Shown here: in pieces, positions 30,597 through 40,707 of the stretch
Layout: each line of letters begins with the position of its first letter
Numbering within the stretch: the stretch's first letter is position 1
NCBI GenBank assembly: GCA_903869825.1
Contig: CAIQAL010000003.1
Coordinates: 3,624 to 67,623 of the forward strand
DNA from: an uncultured bacterium
Lineage (GTDB): Bacteria > Patescibacteriota > Minisyncoccia > Phycocordibacterales > UBA9973
Direction of reading: 5' to 3'
DNA length: 64,000 bases
Made by a program: the position numbers and the translations under genes
Notes under the pieces: model-generated
What the model was told of the DNA's origin: nothing
What the model saw: the letters and a program-made list of their open reading frames with translations, nothing else
Database searches by the model: none

Positions 30597-30837
30597 TTCC
30601 CCAGACTATTCAAATCACCAATACTAATTCTAATATGGGGATAGTAATTCAAAAGTTATGAAATCCCAACGCTAAGTCCGCTATAAAAGATTTTGTGTTA
30701 TGAAATTCTTCAGATAGCCTGTAAACCAAAGACAATTTTGGTGTTCCATTAACTATTTCAGTATAGAAAGTTATGTTTTTTATTATTTGCTATAATCAAT
30801 TATGTAATAATTGAAGTTTCTTAACGTCATCACAAAT

Positions 30838-31560
30838 ATGAAAAAAATATTAATATATATCGTTATAATCGTTGTTATTTTGATCGGGACAGTTTTTTTT
30901 GTTTCAAACAAGGACAAAGTAAATGTGGCGGTAGTGCCAGTAGAAAAAGAATCGATCCCTATGTGTTACCAGTATTCTGAAATAACGCAAAGTGGTTTTA
31001 CTAATCGAGCTTGGCTTAAATTGGATATTCTAGGTGATAAAGTTACCGGTGAATATCAAAATTTGCCAGCGGAAAAAGATAGTAAAGTCGGAAAATTTTC
31101 TGGGGTAGTAGGTCCAATGGACCCCAAAAATAGTGGACGGACGGCTGACGTTTGGTGGGACTCAATGGCGGAAGGAATGAAAGTGACAGAACAACTAAAA
31201 ATTGAATTTGGTGAAGGGAGCGCAGTAGCATTGTTTGGTGAAATGGTAGATCGAGGCGACGGAACTTATCTTTATAAAGATGTCACAAAATTAACTCCTA
31301 GTTTTCAGATGAGTCAAACCGACTGTGAAGTATTGAATGACAAAATTATTGTCGAAAAATATATTCGGGACAACATTAAAAATGTTGCTCCAGAAAAATC
31401 GGTATTAGGCGGTTTATGGTATGTGATTTCGGTTAACGTAAATCCAGCTATGAAAAATGGAACAGTGACTTATGAAGATGGGCATATCCAAAAGAAAGCA
31501 AGTTATAATTATGTCCGGAACGAAGGAGAAGTATTGATTAGTTCAATAAAGTCCATCTAA
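30838..31560 (+). CDS. hypothetical membrane-anchored extracytoplasmic protein
   Basis: N-terminal signal-anchor (ILIYIVIIVVILIGTVFFV), soluble ~210-aa domain; start ambiguous (TTG 30811 or ATG 30838); extended -10 TGCTATAAT at 30788-30796. Confidence 0.5.
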   Translation: MKKILIYIVIIVVILIGTVFFVSNKDKVNVAVVPVEKESIPMCYQYSEITQSGFTNRAWLKLDILGDKVTGEYQNLPAEKDSKVGKFSGVVGPMDPKNSGRTADVWWDSMAEGMKVTEQLKIEFGEGSAVALFGEMVDRGDGTYLYKDVTKLTPSFQMSQTDCEVLNDKIIVEKYIRDNIKNVAPEKSVLGGLWYVISVNVNPAMKNGTVTYEDGHIQKKASYNYVRNEGEVLISSIKSI

Positions 31561-31561
31561 T

Positions 31562-32290
31562 ATGAAATATGGCGATGTTCAAAAAGAACTGAAAAAATAT
31601 TCATCAAAAAAGCGTAAGAAAAATAACGAATGGTATTTTAAAACGGGTCCGGGTGATTATGGTTACGGAGATGTTTTTATTGGTCTTGCAATGCCTGATA
31701 TTCGCAATGTCTCAAAGAAGTTTCAGTCACTTACTCTAGTTGAAATAGAAAAGCTATTGTCGTCAAAAATCCACGAAGAAAGAATGTGTGCTCTTATTAT
31801 TCTTTCCTATCAATTCGAAAAATCTGATGAAAAAATACAGAAAAAGATTTATAGTTTTTATTTAGAAAATACAAAATATATAAATAATTGGGATCTTGTT
31901 GATGTTACAGTCAATCGAATAGTCGGCGCATACTTGTGGAAAAATAAGGCTGCTAGTAGAAAGATTTTATATAAATTTGCGCGTTCAAAAAATATGTGGG
32001 AGAGACGAATTGCGATAATCGCCACTTCATATTTTATATATCAAAATGATTTTAGCGATACGCTTAAAATTTCAAAAATCCTCTTGCGGGATAAGGAAGA
32101 TTTACTACACAAAGCAGTCGGTTGGATGCTTCGAGAAGTCGGCAAGCGCGACCAAAAAATAGAGGAATCATTTCTAAAAAAGAATTACAAAAAAATACCC
32201 AGAACCACTCTTCGTTATGCGATTGAAAAATTTTCGAAGGCAAAAAGGAAGACATATCTTAAAGGAAATATTAATAAAACAGTGGTATAA
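31562..32290 (+). CDS. DNA alkylation repair protein (AlkD/AlkC-like HEAT-repeat glycosylase family)
   Basis: FKTGPGDYGYGDVFIGL, NNWDLVD, SKNMWERRIAII motifs typical of the DNA_alkylation family. Confidence 0.55.
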   Translation: MKYGDVQKELKKYSSKKRKKNNEWYFKTGPGDYGYGDVFIGLAMPDIRNVSKKFQSLTLVEIEKLLSSKIHEERMCALIILSYQFEKSDEKIQKKIYSFYLENTKYINNWDLVDVTVNRIVGAYLWKNKAASRKILYKFARSKNMWERRIAIIATSYFIYQNDFSDTLKISKILLRDKEDLLHKAVGWMLREVGKRDQKIEESFLKKNYKKIPRTTLRYAIEKFSKAKRKTYLKGNINKTVV

Positions 32291-32321
32291 TAATATATAA
32301 TTAAAAATTAATACATATTTT

Positions 32322-32747
32322 ATGAAAAAATACAATCCTATCCCACTTGAGGAACTTCAAAAAATAAATAAACCGGTTAATGTAAATGTTAAACACAAGG
32401 AAAGTTTGACTATTCTCGATAGAGTTGCGGTTTTTATTACCAGTATTGTTGGGACAATGTGGTGTGCGATTGCTTTTACGATTCTAGCATCAATAAGCCT
32501 TCCAGATGCCATAAAAGGAGGAAGAGCTACTGTGATATCCTGGATTGCGCAAACATTTCTTCAATTGGTATTACTCTCAGTCATAATGGTTGGGCAGAAT
32601 CTGCAAAGCAGACGTTCCGAGCTAAGGGCTGAAGCTGATTTCGATGTGGACACAAAAGCTGAAATCGAAATAGAAACAATACTGCAACATCTAGAAAACC
32701 AAAACGAAGAAATAGCAAAAATTCTTGAAAACGTTGATAGAAAATAA
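32322..32747 (+). CDS. DUF1003-like membrane protein
   Basis: two TM helices followed by charged C-terminal coiled segment; resembles DUF1003 family architecture. Confidence 0.45.
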   Translation: MKKYNPIPLEELQKINKPVNVNVKHKESLTILDRVAVFITSIVGTMWCAIAFTILASISLPDAIKGGRATVISWIAQTFLQLVLLSVIMVGQNLQSRRSELRAEADFDVDTKAEIEIETILQHLENQNEEIAKILENVDRK

Positions 32748-32810
32748 CTTATTGAATTCATTATTCTGTCAAGATAGAAAAGAATGTATTTTTTTTAAAA
32801 ATATATTATA

Positions 32811-35795
32811 ATGGGTTTAATGATTTCACGCATATATGTTATTCCAAAAATAAAAGACAGCCGAGAAAGGCTGTTTTTAAAATCATGGTCATCTTTAGGG
32901 CTGTCGGGCAAGTTGTCTGTAGCCAAGGTTATTGATTCATACATCATTGATTATGATTTCTCAAAAGACCAACTTGCTAAGATTTCAGCAATTTTAACCA
33001 ACCAAAATCTTGAGATTGGTTCTGTAAATGAAATTCCTATTGCTTTTGATAAATATAAATACGTAATTGAGATTGGTTTTTTGCCTGGAGTTACGGACAA
33101 TGTCGGGAATACTACTCGAGAAACAATAATTGATTATTTACATTTGGATAAAAATTCCGACCTAAAGGTATTTTCTTCAAAAGTTTTTTTGATTGGAGGA
33201 AAATTGAAGTTTGAAGATGTTAAAAAAATTGCTTTATCTCTCCATAATCCATTAATTGAAAGATCTTATATTGAAAATGCCAAAGTCATTAAAAGAGAAA
33301 AAAGTTTGCCACTGCAAGCCCCGGAAGTTATTTTGGAAAAAAGAGTACCGGTAATCATTGTTTCCCTCAACGTTTCAGACGATGAATTGATAAAAATTGG
33401 ACGGGAAGGGATAGAAGAGAATGGAGTTCGCCGAGGGCCGCTTGCTCTTGATTTGGCATCAATGAAAACGATTCAAAGCTATTTTAACAAACTTGGACGC
33501 GACCCACGTGATATTGAACTTGAAGCGTTGGCTCAGACTTGGAGTGAGCATTGTAAACACACAATATTTGCAAATCCAATAGATGAGATAAAAGATGGTT
33601 TATATAAAACATACATTAAAGGTGCAACAAATTTAATCAGAAAAAATAAAGGATACGGAGATTTTTGTGTGTCTGTTTTTTCCGACAATTCAGGTGGCAT
33701 AATTTTTGACGAGGACAATTTGATTACTCACAAAGTAGAGACTCATAACAGTCCTTCTGCTCTTGATCCATTTGGCGGAGCCATTACCGGAATCGTGGGA
33801 GTGAATCGAGACACAATAGGTTTTGGATTAGGAGCAAAACCGGTGGCAAATGTTTTTGGATATTGCTTTGGTAATCCGGAAGATGTAGAATTTATCTACA
33901 AGGATAAGGAAAGAAAACAGAAAATGTTTCCTCCAAAGCGAATTATGGAAGGTGTGATAAAAGGAGTAAATGCAGGGGGGAATTGTTCAGGAATCCCAAC
34001 AGTTTCTGGTTTTGTTCGTTTTGACGACAGATTTAAAGGAAAACCGTTGGTTTTTGTCGGTACGCTTGGAATTATTCCAAAAAAAATCAATGAAAAATTA
34101 TCGCACGAAAAATGTGCCCTGCTTGGAGATTACATTGTAGTACTGGGGGGGAGAGTCGGAGCGGACGGAATTCACGGAGCGACATTTTCATCAGTTGCAA
34201 TGGATTCAAACAGTCCAGCCACTGCAGTTCAAATAGGTGATCCGATTACCCAGAAGAAATTAAGCGATGCTATTATAAAAGAAGCTCGAGCAATGGATTT
34301 ATACAATAGTATCACTGACAATGGAGCAGGAGGAATTTCTTGTTCAATTGCCGAAATGGCAAAAGAATGTGACGGAGCGGAAGTAAATCTGGAGAAAGTT
34401 CCATTGAAGTATCCCGGTCTTCGCCCTTGGGAGATTTGGATTTCAGAATCACAAGAACGGATGACTTTGGCGGTTCCGAAAAAAAAATGGGAAGTATTTA
34501 AAAAATTAATGGATAGCCGAGGAGTTGAAGCAACTGTTGTTGGAGAGTTTAATAATTCCGGTCGCTGTGTTGTTAAATATGATGGAAGAAAAATTATGGA
34601 TATTGATTTGGAATTTCTTCACAATGGACTTCCAGCAAAACCTCTTAAATCAGAAAAAATAGTTCACACATACCCGGAACCAAAAATGCTGATTGTTTCC
34701 AGAACTAAAATTTTGGAGAATATGTTAGCAGATAAAAATATTTCCGGGTTTTCTTTTATCTCGGAACAATATGACCATGAAGTTCAGGCCGGCTCTGTCT
34801 TAAAGCCTATTTTAGGACGGGGTAGAATTAATACGGAAGCTCAAGTATTTCGTCCCATTCTTTCTTCAAAAAAAGGAGTAGTCCTTTCGTCTGGGATTTG
34901 TCCTTCTTATGGTGATATTAGCACTTATCATATGGCTGCCTGTGCGCTTGATACAACTATTAGAAATATTATTGCTAGCGGAGGAACACTTTCTGAGTTA
35001 GCAATTCTTGACAATACTTGTTGGTGTTCATCATATGACAAAAATCGTTTATATGAACTAATCCAAGCAATGGAAGCTTGTTATGATTACTCTGTAGGAT
35101 ATGGGACTCCTCTTATTTCCGGAAAGGATAGTATGTTTAATGATTTTAAAGGTTATGACGAAAAAGGAAATCCGATAGCGATTTCTATCCCTCCAACCTT
35201 ACTTATTTCTGGAATCTCGATTATCGAAGATATTTATAAAGTAGTCTCGCCGGAATTTAAAAATGCCGGAGACAGTATTTATCTTTTAGGAGAAACACAT
35301 GATGAACTTGGGGCGAGTGAATATTACAAACTTTTGGCAAGAAAAGCAAAAAACAATTCAATCGGCAATAACGTACCGAAAGTTAATCTTGGGAAAAATA
35401 TAAAAGTTTATAATGTCATTGAAAATTTGATTCAAAAAGAATTAATTGCTTCCTCTATTTCTCTTACCGCCGGTGGATTAATCGTGGCATTAGCAAAGGC
35501 CTCGATTGGAGCCCAATTAGGTGCCAAAATCTCAATAAAAAATTTACCCGGTGAGGTTGCGTCAACAGATGTTGCTTTATTTTCGGAAAGCCAAGGGAGG
35601 ATATTGGTTTCAGTTTCTAAAAAAAATGTTTCTAAATTTGAAAAAATAGTTTCAGAAATTCCACATATCAGATTGGGTCAGACAATAAAAGAAACTAAAC
35701 TAATTGTTGTCGGCGACAAAGACAAAAAAATTATTTATGCTAATGTAAAAAAACTCCACAATATTTATCATAGTTTTTCGAATAAAATGTCATGA
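32811..35795 (+). CDS. purL: phosphoribosylformylglycinamidine synthase subunit PurL with ~200-aa N-terminal PurS-like extension
   Basis: 994 aa; core starts at LAQTWSEHCKHTIF; N-terminal region contains PurS-like VTDNVGNTTRETIIDYL segment; leaderless start may be ATG 32820. Confidence 0.9.
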   Translation: MGLMISRIYVIPKIKDSRERLFLKSWSSLGLSGKLSVAKVIDSYIIDYDFSKDQLAKISAILTNQNLEIGSVNEIPIAFDKYKYVIEIGFLPGVTDNVGNTTRETIIDYLHLDKNSDLKVFSSKVFLIGGKLKFEDVKKIALSLHNPLIERSYIENAKVIKREKSLPLQAPEVILEKRVPVIIVSLNVSDDELIKIGREGIEENGVRRGPLALDLASMKTIQSYFNKLGRDPRDIELEALAQTWSEHCKHTIFANPIDEIKDGLYKTYIKGATNLIRKNKGYGDFCVSVFSDNSGGIIFDEDNLITHKVETHNSPSALDPFGGAITGIVGVNRDTIGFGLGAKPVANVFGYCFGNPEDVEFIYKDKERKQKMFPPKRIMEGVIKGVNAGGNCSGIPTVSGFVRFDDRFKGKPLVFVGTLGIIPKKINEKLSHEKCALLGDYIVVLGGRVGADGIHGATFSSVAMDSNSPATAVQIGDPITQKKLSDAIIKEARAMDLYNSITDNGAGGISCSIAEMAKECDGAEVNLEKVPLKYPGLRPWEIWISESQERMTLAVPKKKWEVFKKLMDSRGVEATVVGEFNNSGRCVVKYDGRKIMDIDLEFLHNGLPAKPLKSEKIVHTYPEPKMLIVSRTKILENMLADKNISGFSFISEQYDHEVQAGSVLKPILGRGRINTEAQVFRPILSSKKGVVLSSGICPSYGDISTYHMAACALDTTIRNIIASGGTLSELAILDNTCWCSSYDKNRLYELIQAMEACYDYSVGYGTPLISGKDSMFNDFKGYDEKGNPIAISIPPTLLISGISIIEDIYKVVSPEFKNAGDSIYLLGETHDELGASEYYKLLARKAKNNSIGNNVPKVNLGKNIKVYNVIENLIQKELIASSISLTAGGLIVALAKASIGAQLGAKISIKNLPGEVASTDVALFSESQGRILVSVSKKNVSKFEKIVSEIPHIRLGQTIKETKLIVVGDKDKKIIYANVKKLHNIYHSFSNKMS

Positions 35796-36580
35796 TAAAA
35801 AAAACAAACAAAAAAATTAAAATAAAAAAACCAAAGGTGATTATTTTATCCGGTTATGGGCTTAATTGTGAAGAAGAAACGAAGTTTGCTTTTGAACGTG
35901 CCGGTGGCATTGCTGAAATCGTCCATATCAATGATATTATAGCAAAACCAAAAATGCTCGAAGAGTACCATATAATGGCTTTTCCGGGAGGATTTTCTTA
36001 CGGAGATGATACCGGCAGCGGGAAAGCTTATGCAAATAAAATGCGAAATCATTTAAAAAAAGAGTTAGATGAATTCCTGTCTCGTGATACTTTGGCAATT
36101 GGAATTTGTAATGGATTTCAAATAATGACAAATCTTGGAATTTTACCAGGTGCTCTTTTTTACAATAAAAATGGAAGGTATCTTGACCGATGGGTAGATT
36201 TGAAAATTACTGGTAAAAGTCCTTGGCTTTCCGGAATAAGTAAAATATCATTACCAATTGCTCATGGAGAAGGAAGATACATTATTGATAAAACAGAGTA
36301 CAAAAAAATGACTAAGAAGAATGAGGTCGCATTTACATATATGGAAGGGGAAATTTGTAAGTATCAAAATTTAGAGAAAAATCCTAACGGTGCAGATTAT
36401 GATATTGCCGGTGTTTTATCATTTAATGGAAGAGTGCTGGGAATGATGCCCCACCCGGAACGAGCAATGTTTTTCCACCATTCGCCACTTTGGCAAAGCA
36501 AAAAAGATAAAAGAGGGAAAACAGATGATGGAGAAGGAATTATATTATTTAAAAACGCTGTGAACTATTTTAAAAAATGA
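35792..36580 (+). CDS. purQ: phosphoribosylformylglycinamidine synthase glutaminase subunit PurQ
   Basis: class I GATase fold, GICNGFQ catalytic Cys, HPE..MFFHH C-terminus. Confidence 0.85.
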   Translation: MIKKTNKKIKIKKPKVIILSGYGLNCEEETKFAFERAGGIAEIVHINDIIAKPKMLEEYHIMAFPGGFSYGDDTGSGKAYANKMRNHLKKELDEFLSRDTLAIGICNGFQIMTNLGILPGALFYNKNGRYLDRWVDLKITGKSPWLSGISKISLPIAHGEGRYIIDKTEYKKMTKKNEVAFTYMEGEICKYQNLEKNPNGADYDIAGVLSFNGRVLGMMPHPERAMFFHHSPLWQSKKDKRGKTDDGEGIILFKNAVNYFKK

Positions 36581-37980
36581 AATTAAACGAAAAATGTGCA
36601 GTGTTTGGAATCTTCAATGCTCCCCAAGCATCTGCTAGGCAAGCATATTTTGGTTTGTTTGCGCTTCAACATAGAGGCCAAGAACAAACTGGGATAGTTT
36701 CAACAGATGGAAAAAAGATTTATCACCACAAGGGTTCTGGTTTAGTTACTCAGGTTTATAAAGAAAAAGATATTGAAAGGCTTCTTGGCTCAGCAGCTAT
36801 TGGACATAACCGATATTCCACTTCACGCGGTACAGATTCTCGACATGCGCAACCAATAATTTTTAATCACACTGTTGCATTTGCTCACAATGGGAATTTA
36901 CCTTGCACAAAAACATTAGAAAATTTTCTTAAAAAAAATAAAATTTCAACCAAAAATAATTCTGATTCGGAGTTGATGGCAAAAGCTTTGGGTTACTATA
37001 TGAAAAAAGAAGGACTATCTTTATCCAAAGCGATTGAAAAAGCCTATCCACTTTTCACCGGAGCATTTTCTTGTGTCGCACTTTCCACTCAAGAGTTGGT
37101 TGCATTTCGTGATCCGAGGGGAATTCGACCACTCGTGCTCGGTGAAAATGGAAAAGAAATAATTGTTGCCTCTGAGACCTGTGGTCTCCGTACTACCGGA
37201 GCAAAATTTATCCGTGAAGTTTTGCCGGGCGAAATTTTGACCATCTCAAAGAGTGGCATGAAAAGTAAAATACTGACTAAGGTAGATCCTAAATTTGATA
37301 TTTTTGAGTATGTGTATTTTTCTCGTCATGATACGATAATTTTAGGACAATCCGTGTATACGGTTCGTAAAAATTTCGGTAAAATGTTATTTATAGAAAA
37401 TCCAAAACTTAAAATTGATGTTGTAGTTCCAGTGCCAGAGACTGCCATCCCGGCAGCGATTGGATATTCCCAGGCATCTGGCATACCATTTGAAATGGCT
37501 CTTAACAAAAATCGCTATATTCACCGGACATTTATTGAACCGACTCAAGCAAACCGGGAACAAAAAATTAAAATGAAGCTGACCGTTCTTCGCAGTATTG
37601 TTGCTGGCAAAAGTGTCGGATTAATTGACGATTCAATTGTTCGTGGAAATACTTCCAAACAGATAGTCAAAATGTTTTTCGCTGCAGGAGCGAAAGAGGT
37701 TCATTTTCTGGTTTGTTCTGCCCCGGTTAAATTTCCAGATTTTTATGGAATTGATACACCAAAGCAGGAACATTTAATAGCTTCACAAAAAACTATTCCA
37801 GAAATTTGTGAATTTATTGGAGCGACAACTTTATCTTACTTGTCAATTGACGGGATGGTAAAAGCAACCGGAGTGCCCAAAGAAAGACTCTGCCTTTCGG
37901 CTTTTAATGGTGAGTATCCGTTACCTATTTTTGAGCATGAAAAAGAAATTGCTTATGATAGCTTAAAATTTAAGGATTAA
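36577..37980 (+). CDS. purF: amidophosphoribosyltransferase
   Basis: Ntn catalytic Cys after short propeptide (MKLNEK-CAVFGIF), GHNRYSTSG, PRT-type DDSIVRGNTS motif. Confidence 0.9.
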   Translation: MKLNEKCAVFGIFNAPQASARQAYFGLFALQHRGQEQTGIVSTDGKKIYHHKGSGLVTQVYKEKDIERLLGSAAIGHNRYSTSRGTDSRHAQPIIFNHTVAFAHNGNLPCTKTLENFLKKNKISTKNNSDSELMAKALGYYMKKEGLSLSKAIEKAYPLFTGAFSCVALSTQELVAFRDPRGIRPLVLGENGKEIIVASETCGLRTTGAKFIREVLPGEILTISKSGMKSKILTKVDPKFDIFEYVYFSRHDTIILGQSVYTVRKNFGKMLFIENPKLKIDVVVPVPETAIPAAIGYSQASGIPFEMALNKNRYIHRTFIEPTQANREQKIKMKLTVLRSIVAGKSVGLIDDSIVRGNTSKQIVKMFFAAGAKEVHFLVCSAPVKFPDFYGIDTPKQEHLIASQKTIPEICEFIGATTLSYLSIDGMVKATGVPKERLCLSAFNGEYPLPIFEHEKEIAYDSLKFKD

Positions 37981-37986
37981 TTTTTT

Positions 37987-38592
37987 ATGAAATTAGCAAT
38001 TCTTATTTCCAATGCCGGCACGGGCACCAATCTCCAAGCAATTATTGATGCTATTCTAGAAGGTAGATTGAACACCGAAATTTGTGCGGTAATTTCAGAT
38101 AAAACCGAAAGCCTAGGGCTCGAACGAGCAAAAAAACATAATTTAAAAATCGAAATTTGTTCTAAAAAAGAAGAATTGAAACTACTTTTGGATAGATTGA
38201 ACCCGGATTATATTTGTTTAGCCGGATGGAAACAAATTATCTTAGATGAAGTTATTTTGGCATATCCAAATAAAATTTTAAATCTGCACCCAGGGCTCAT
38301 ACCAGATTTCATTAGTGGAAAAATAGAAAATCCCGATGGGACGGATGCTCTCTGGAATAAAGGGATGCTGACCGACAAAGCAATCCAAAATTTTCTGGAT
38401 AAAAAAAGTACTTTTGCTGGTTCTTCGATTCATTATCTAACTTCGAATTTTGATTTTGGTCCGGTCCTCGCCAGAACTTTTGAAAAAATTAAAGAAGGGG
38501 ATGATGTGGCGTCTTTATATTCGAGGCTAAAGAAAAAGGAAAATGAAATGTATGTAGAGGTTTTAAAAAATCTAGCAAAGTGTTATGAATAA
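37987..38592 (+). CDS. purN: phosphoribosylglycinamide formyltransferase
   Basis: LAILISNAGTGTNLQAIIDAI, NLHPGLIP motif. Confidence 0.8.
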   Translation: MKLAILISNAGTGTNLQAIIDAILEGRLNTEICAVISDKTESLGLERAKKHNLKIEICSKKEELKLLLDRLNPDYICLAGWKQIILDEVILAYPNKILNLHPGLIPDFISGKIENPDGTDALWNKGMLTDKAIQNFLDKKSTFAGSSIHYLTSNFDFGPVLARTFEKIKEGDDVASLYSRLKKKENEMYVEVLKNLAKCYE

Positions 38593-39892
38593 ACAAAAAA
38601 TATTGATAATCGGAGGGGGAGGAAGGGAACATGCTATTGGCTGGAAAATAGCTCAATCAAAAAGAGAGCCAGTACTTTACTTTGCCCCAGGAAACGCTGG
38701 TACAGCTGAAATAGGCACGAATCTTGATATTAAAGCAACAGATATTATAAAGCTCTTAGAATTTGTTAAAAATGAAAAAATTACTTTAACTTTGGCAATC
38801 CCAGATGATCCATTGGCTTTAGGCATAGTGGATGAGTTTAGAAAAGATGGATTAAGAATTTTTGGACCGACAAAAGCGGCTGCTCAACTTGAATCTTCCA
38901 AAGCTTTTTCAAAACGTTTTATGAAGCGTCACAATTTGCCGACTGCTCGGTTTGAAGTTTTTAGCGATATAAATCTTGCCAAAGAATATTTAGAAAAAGA
39001 AAGCTTGCCGATTGTGATAAAGGCAAGTGGTTTGGCCTTCGGGAAAGGAGTAATAATTGCCGAAACAAAAGAAGAGGCCGTAAACGTACTTGAAAATATT
39101 TTAGTCAAAAAAATATTCGGAAGTGCTGGGAACGAAGTAGTGATAGAAGAGTTTTTAGTTGGGCCAGAAATTTCTACTCATGCATTTTCTGATGGTAAGA
39201 ATTATAAATTATTTCCAACTTCAGAAGATCATAAGAAAATTGGAGAAAATGATACTGGACCCAATACCGGTGGAATGGGAACGATTGCACCTCTTCCCCG
39301 TCAGATGAAAGGGCAGGCTTTTGTAACAAAAGAATTGCTGAAAAGAATTGAGCATGAAATCATCGCTCCAACTTTGAATGCGATGAGAGAAGATGGAATT
39401 CCTTTTGAAGGGATATTGTATCCTGGTTTGATTCTTACAAAAAATGGGCCCAAAATCCTCGAATACAATGCCCGCTTTGGTGACCCAGAAACGCAAACAT
39501 ATATGAGACTTCTTGAAACCAACCTTTTAGATATTATTAATGCTTGTATTGATAAAAAATTAGAAGAGCTTCCAATAAAATGGAAAGAAGTTTCGGCTTG
39601 CACGATAGTGCTTGCCTCGAACGGATACCCGGGAGTTTACGAAAAAGGAAAAATAATTGATGGAATCGAAGAAGCCGAAAAAGAATCCGACATTGTTGTC
39701 TTTAAAGGAGGAGTAAGAAAAGACGAACAGGGGAATTTAGTTACAAATGGCGGAAGAGTACTTGGAGTAAGTGCGACCGGCAACAATCTAAAAGAAGCCT
39801 TGGCAAAAGCTTACGAGGCAGTATCAAAAATTTCATTTGAAGGAATGCAATACAGGCGTGACATAGGTAAGAAAATATTGTTGTTAAACTAA
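38585..39892 (+). CDS. purD: phosphoribosylamine--glycine ligase
   Basis: ILIIGGGGREHAIGWKI N-terminus, ATP-grasp core, 435 aa. Confidence 0.9.
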   Translation: MNKQKILIIGGGGREHAIGWKIAQSKREPVLYFAPGNAGTAEIGTNLDIKATDIIKLLEFVKNEKITLTLAIPDDPLALGIVDEFRKDGLRIFGPTKAAAQLESSKAFSKRFMKRHNLPTARFEVFSDINLAKEYLEKESLPIVIKASGLAFGKGVIIAETKEEAVNVLENILVKKIFGSAGNEVVIEEFLVGPEISTHAFSDGKNYKLFPTSEDHKKIGENDTGPNTGGMGTIAPLPRQMKGQAFVTKELLKRIEHEIIAPTLNAMREDGIPFEGILYPGLILTKNGPKILEYNARFGDPETQTYMRLLETNLLDIINACIDKKLEELPIKWKEVSACTIVLASNGYPGVYEKGKIIDGIEEAEKESDIVVFKGGVRKDEQGNLVTNGGRVLGVSATGNNLKEALAKAYEAVSKISFEGMQYRRDIGKKILLLN

Positions 39893-39955
39893 TTTTATAT
39901 TGTATACTAAATCTAGATAAGATTTTTTGTTTAACGCGTTAATAACGGAGAGAAT

Positions 39956-40093
39956 ATGGAGCATATTGTTAAACCTGTGGAAGAAAACGTCTTTACCCCA
40001 CTGGCTGACACGGTTGACTACGAACTTCACTTAATAGGAACAGTAGACATAGAGAGTGAAGAAGATGACCGTGAAGATTGGGAGGGTAAATGA
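39956..40093 (+). CDS. possible small acidic protein (45 aa) between purD and purE
   Basis: ORF MEHIVKPVEENVFTPLADTVDYELHLIGTVDIESEEDDREDWEGK with GGAGAG 7 nt upstream of ATG; followed by strong terminator; no homology recognised. Confidence 0.3.
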   Translation: MEHIVKPVEENVFTPLADTVDYELHLIGTVDIESEEDDREDWEGK

Positions 40094-40098
40094 TTTTC

Positions 40099-40146
40099 AA
40101 AGGGTTTCAGAACTTTTAAAAGAGCTCTAAACCCTTTTATTTTTTA
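40099..40146 (+). terminator. intrinsic terminator
   Basis: aaagggttt ... aaacccttt 9-bp stem (21-nt loop) followed by tattttttat. Confidence 0.55.
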
Positions 40147-40167
40147 TATTGTTTTATTCGAATTCAA

Positions 40168-40707
40168 ATGATAATATCTATTAATATGAAAAAAGATGCA
40201 AAAGTTGGAATTGTAATGGGCTCGGATTCTGATTTATTAGTGATGGCAGAGTCAGCAACTTTATTAGAAGAATTTGGAATTCTTTATGAAATTACTGTTG
40301 CATCTGCTCATCGGACACCTCTTTTAGTGCATAAATATGCTTCTCAGGCGCTTTTAAAAGGACTAAAGGTAATAATTGCCGGGGCAGGCGGATCAGCGCA
40401 TTTAGCAGGGGTGATTGCTTCTTTTACCACCCTTCCTGTAATCGGTATACCAATTAAAGCAAAAACACTTGATGGGCTAGATTCACTTTTATCAACTGTG
40501 GGGATGCCTTCCGGAGTTCCTGTTGCTACCGTTGGGATTAATGGGGCAAAAAATGCCGCGCTCTTGGCAATTCAAATTTTGGCCACTTCCGATAAAAATC
40601 TAGAAAAGAAATTAATTGCCTATAAAGAAAAAATGAATGTTGAAATAAAATCAAAAGGTGAAAAGCTTTCTAAGGTTGGTTATAAAAAATATTTGGAAAA
40701 TAAATAA
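40168..40707 (+). CDS. purE: 5-(carboxyamino)imidazole ribonucleotide mutase/AIR carboxylase PurE
   Basis: [26 protein letters not shown] motifs; likely start at ATG 40186. Confidence 0.85.
   Translation: MIISINMKKDAKVGIVMGSDSDLLVMAESATLLEEFGILYEITVASAHRTPLLVHKYASQALLKGLKVIIAGAGGSAHLAGVIASFTTLPVIGIPIKAKTLDGLDSLLSTVGMPSGVPVATVGINGAKNAALLAIQILATSDKNLEKKLIAYKEKMNVEIKSKGEKLSKVGYKKYLENK

Noticed and set aside
39956-40093. Calling the 45-aa acidic ORF PurS
   Set aside because: It is too short (PurS is ~80 aa) and shows no recognisable PurS motif. It is kept only as a low-confidence hypothetical small protein.
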